Below are positions 61,414 through 64,000 of a DNA stretch of 64,000 nucleotides, piece after piece. The translations under genes were made by a program, and so were the position numbers. Numbering within the stretch: the first letter of the stretch is position 1; each line of letters begins with the position of its first letter. The DNA is taken from contig CM060734.1 in NCBI GenBank assembly GCA_030704615.1, positions 12,338,001-12,402,000 on the forward strand, read 5' to 3'. The DNA comes from Takakia lepidozioides. Lineage: Eukaryota > Plantae > Bryophyta. The notes below the pieces were generated by a model. It saw only the letters and a program-made list of their open reading frames with translations. It had not been told where the DNA came from and made no database searches.

Positions 61414-63135
61414 GTAGGTGCATTGAAAGAAGCCTGCACTCTATCACACACCATGCACCTTGCCCACGAACTGTTGCACATCCGTGTGCATGCCCCGCCA
61501 CCAGTAATGTCCTTGCAACAAACTATGAGTGCGCCCCGCACCCCAAAATGTCCCAACTCCTCATGGGCATGACGTACCAATCGCGCTCGTTGTGTTGGAT
61601 GAGGCACAATCCTCACTCGTCCATCCTCCCATACTCGGAGTAGGTGAGTCCTATCCCACTTGAATCTCTTGGCTCCTTGTAGGATCCGATCTCTTTTCTT
61701 AGCAGTCACACTGGCTGTTGTCTCTCCTGTACGAAGGTAGGCCAACACTGCTGCATCTTCATACACATCATTAGCACCACCAAGCTCTTCACTGATCTCC
61801 GGATCGTCATGCATACCATCTACATGACCAATCCTTTGGGATGGACCAGCTTGAGCTCCCATTGCTAGGATGCATAAAAAGGCAGATGCATGTCATCTTG
61901 GCACCATCTCCTCATCCGTCTCACCATGCCACCGAACTCCTGTATCATCATGCTTGCTTGTGCATGGATTACGACTCAACCCATCTGCATCCCGATTGAC
62001 TATACCAACTCGATGCATCACCTGGAAGTCGTACTCTTGAAGCATAAGTGCCTACCGTGCAAGCTTCCATGTAAGCTTGTCTGACTCCATTAACCACTTC
62101 AATGGTTGGTGATCCGTGACAAGGGTGAAGAGGTTGCCATAGAGGTAACATTTGAAATGTGCCACTGCCCATACCGCAGCTAGACACTCCCTTCATATGA
62201 GCTATACTTCGCCTCAGCATCATTGTTCGAGCGGCTGGCATATGCCAGTGGCTTACCTGTGTGAGCACTGCTCTAATTCCCAGCATACTCCAATCCATAT
62301 GTAGCTGGAAATGCCCCGAATAGGCCGCCTCAGAATAGGTGCAGAAGTCAATCGAGCCTTGAGTTCCTCAAAGGCTTCTTCTTGCTCCTCCTCCCACTGC
62401 CACTCCTGACCCACCTTGGTCAACTTGGTAAGAGCCTTTGCTATGCTGCTAAATCCCTTGACAAACCGTCGATAGTAGTTTGCCAACCCCATGAAAGCAC
62501 GAACTCTGCTAACATCTATGGGACGTGGAATGCGTGCAATGGCCTCCACCTTCGTCTTTTGAACACCCAATCCTCCAGGGTATATCATATGGCCCAGATA
62601 CTCAATTTGGTTGTGGAAGAACTTGCACTTCCCAGGGTGCAATTTCAACCCATGCGCTCTCAAGCACTCAAACACCATCTGAAGATGTCTCTCATGCTCC
62701 TCAACCGTAGCACTAAAGACGATGATGTCATCAGTGTAACACTAGGCAAAGTCTAGCCCCGCGAGAATCCTATCCATAACCCTCTAAAACTCTGCATGAG
62801 CATTCTTCAACCCAAACGGTAGGAACCGCCATTGGTACAAGCAATCCTTCCCATGTTGGTCAATCCCCCAAAATACCGTCTTTTGTTTGTCAGCCTCTTT
62901 GATTGGCAACTGGTGGTAACCGGATCGCAAGTCCAATGTGCTAAGCACCTTTGCATGCCCAATGGCATCAAAGATCTCTTCTGGAGTTGGCATGGCATAT
63001 CTATCGGACTTAGTCTGACGATTAACAGGACGATAGTCCCCACACATCATTCTTTCTGTCCAATTGCCATAGATATCCTTCTTAGCTGACATTACCGTTG
63101 CCGAGGCATACTCCCCGCCTAACAACTCCACCAAT
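61414..63135 (-). mobile_element. Second degenerate Ty3/gypsy element (RT, RNase H, integrase N-terminus), interrupted by the CACTA end
   Basis: RT EYASATVM..KKDIYGNWTERMMCGDYRPVN..DRYAMPTPEEIFDA..LDLRSGYHQ..FLPFGLKNA and LKLHPGKC..YLGH. RNase H DWSMLGIRAVLTQ. Integrase HHCC HAHEELGHFG...CMVCD. Several frameshifts and stops. Confidence 0.93.
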
Positions 63136-63680
63136 CCAGTACATTGTTGGGGCTTCGAACAATGTACTATGGAGCTTCGAACAGCTCCATAGTTCGTGAC
63201 ACAGCCAGTACATTGTTGGGGGTGGCTACGGCAATTTGCCAAGCTCCATTGTTTTCTGCCACGACAATTGCAATGCTGGGGATGTGGCCAGCTGCAGTGT
63301 TTAGACTGGTAGCTGCACCCTGGATTCAGGGTGAAGACAGCCACAGCTGCACCATGGCAAGCGGCAGCTGCAAGGTTACAGGAGTTGCCAGCTAGACCAG
63401 CCATTGAGCGTAGTATGGTGACTCTTGGGGTAGTCCTGGTGATGGTGTGTTTCAGTTGGGTGGCCCAGCCGGGAGGAGGTATAGGCCACTGCGGGTCTTG
63501 TTGGACTCGGGAGCACAACCATTGACGTTGGGGAGAGCAGCAATTGCAGGCTTGGGCCTTACAGAGGCGGATTTGAAGCCTTGCCCTTTTCAAATTCAAA
63601 CATCTTTGGGCGGTTCAGAGAAGGCACGAGGGATTACACGCCATGAGCTCTTCAATCGATTGCAGCCAGATCATCCTTGA
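63136..63680 (+). mobile_element. Gypsy gag-end / aspartic protease fragment in the opposite orientation to the adjacent RT
   Basis: Plus frame RYRPLRVLLDSGAQPLTLG...PCPFQIQTSLGG contains the retropepsin LLDSGA motif. Confidence 0.75.
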
Positions 63681-63779
63681 AATCCCCAGCTAAAACCCAG
63701 TTGGAGATATGAGGCATTCCAATGATCTTCTCTCTAATAACGTCCCAAAGGGCAGCCCTTTCAAGCGACTGATTCGGGG

Positions 63780-64000
63780 CATAAACATTAATGAAGGCTA
63801 AGTGGCCAAAGGGGGAGGACTGTTCAGTGACAACACACTGGACTCGTCCTTGAACCCAATTTTGGACTTCAAGAATGCATCCTTCTCTGCTATGGAGTTA
63901 ATGCAAGCTGCCGAGGTGCTGGCCTCCCTCAAAACTCCAGGCCTTGACGGGCTCCTTGTAGAGTTCTTCCTGGCCCTGTGGGATTCTTGGTGACGACTTT
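63780..64000 (+). mobile_element. L1-type LINE ORF2 fragment (region just before the RT core)
   Basis: FSAMELMQAAEVLASLKTPGLDGLLVEFFLALWD matches the K.PG.DG...EFF...W motif. Confidence 0.7.

Overview
Eukaryotic nuclear DNA from a land plant, probably a seed-free lineage such as a bryophyte. That lineage call is inferred from the Ty3/gypsy RT/RNase H motifs and the gene content, not proven. Positions ~2.5-43.7 kb are gene-rich. They hold an intronless B3-domain gene with an in-frame stop and a 10-exon gene for a 488-aa single-pass Venus-flytrap (ANF_receptor/LIVBP-fold) membrane protein whose last intron is filled with LINE fragments. They also hold a PICC/PICL-like tail-anchored coiled-coil gene, a CDK5RAP3/C53 pseudogene, and an intact 30-exon clathrin heavy chain gene containing a dead duplicate of exon 7. 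Positions ~43.9-64 kb are a nest of degenerate transposons: an L1 LINE, two Ty3/gypsy elements, a CACTA element and another LINE fragment. The best candidates for something undescribed are (1) a stand-alone amino-acid-sensor-type Venus-flytrap receptor with no channel, 7TM or kinase domain and only a 17-residue tail, (2) a divergent SET-domain gene that appears to lie inside a CACTA transposon, and (3) a non-L1 LINE family associated with (CT)n microsatellites. All gene models were spliced by hand from GT-AG signals and reading-frame continuity; no database searches were run.
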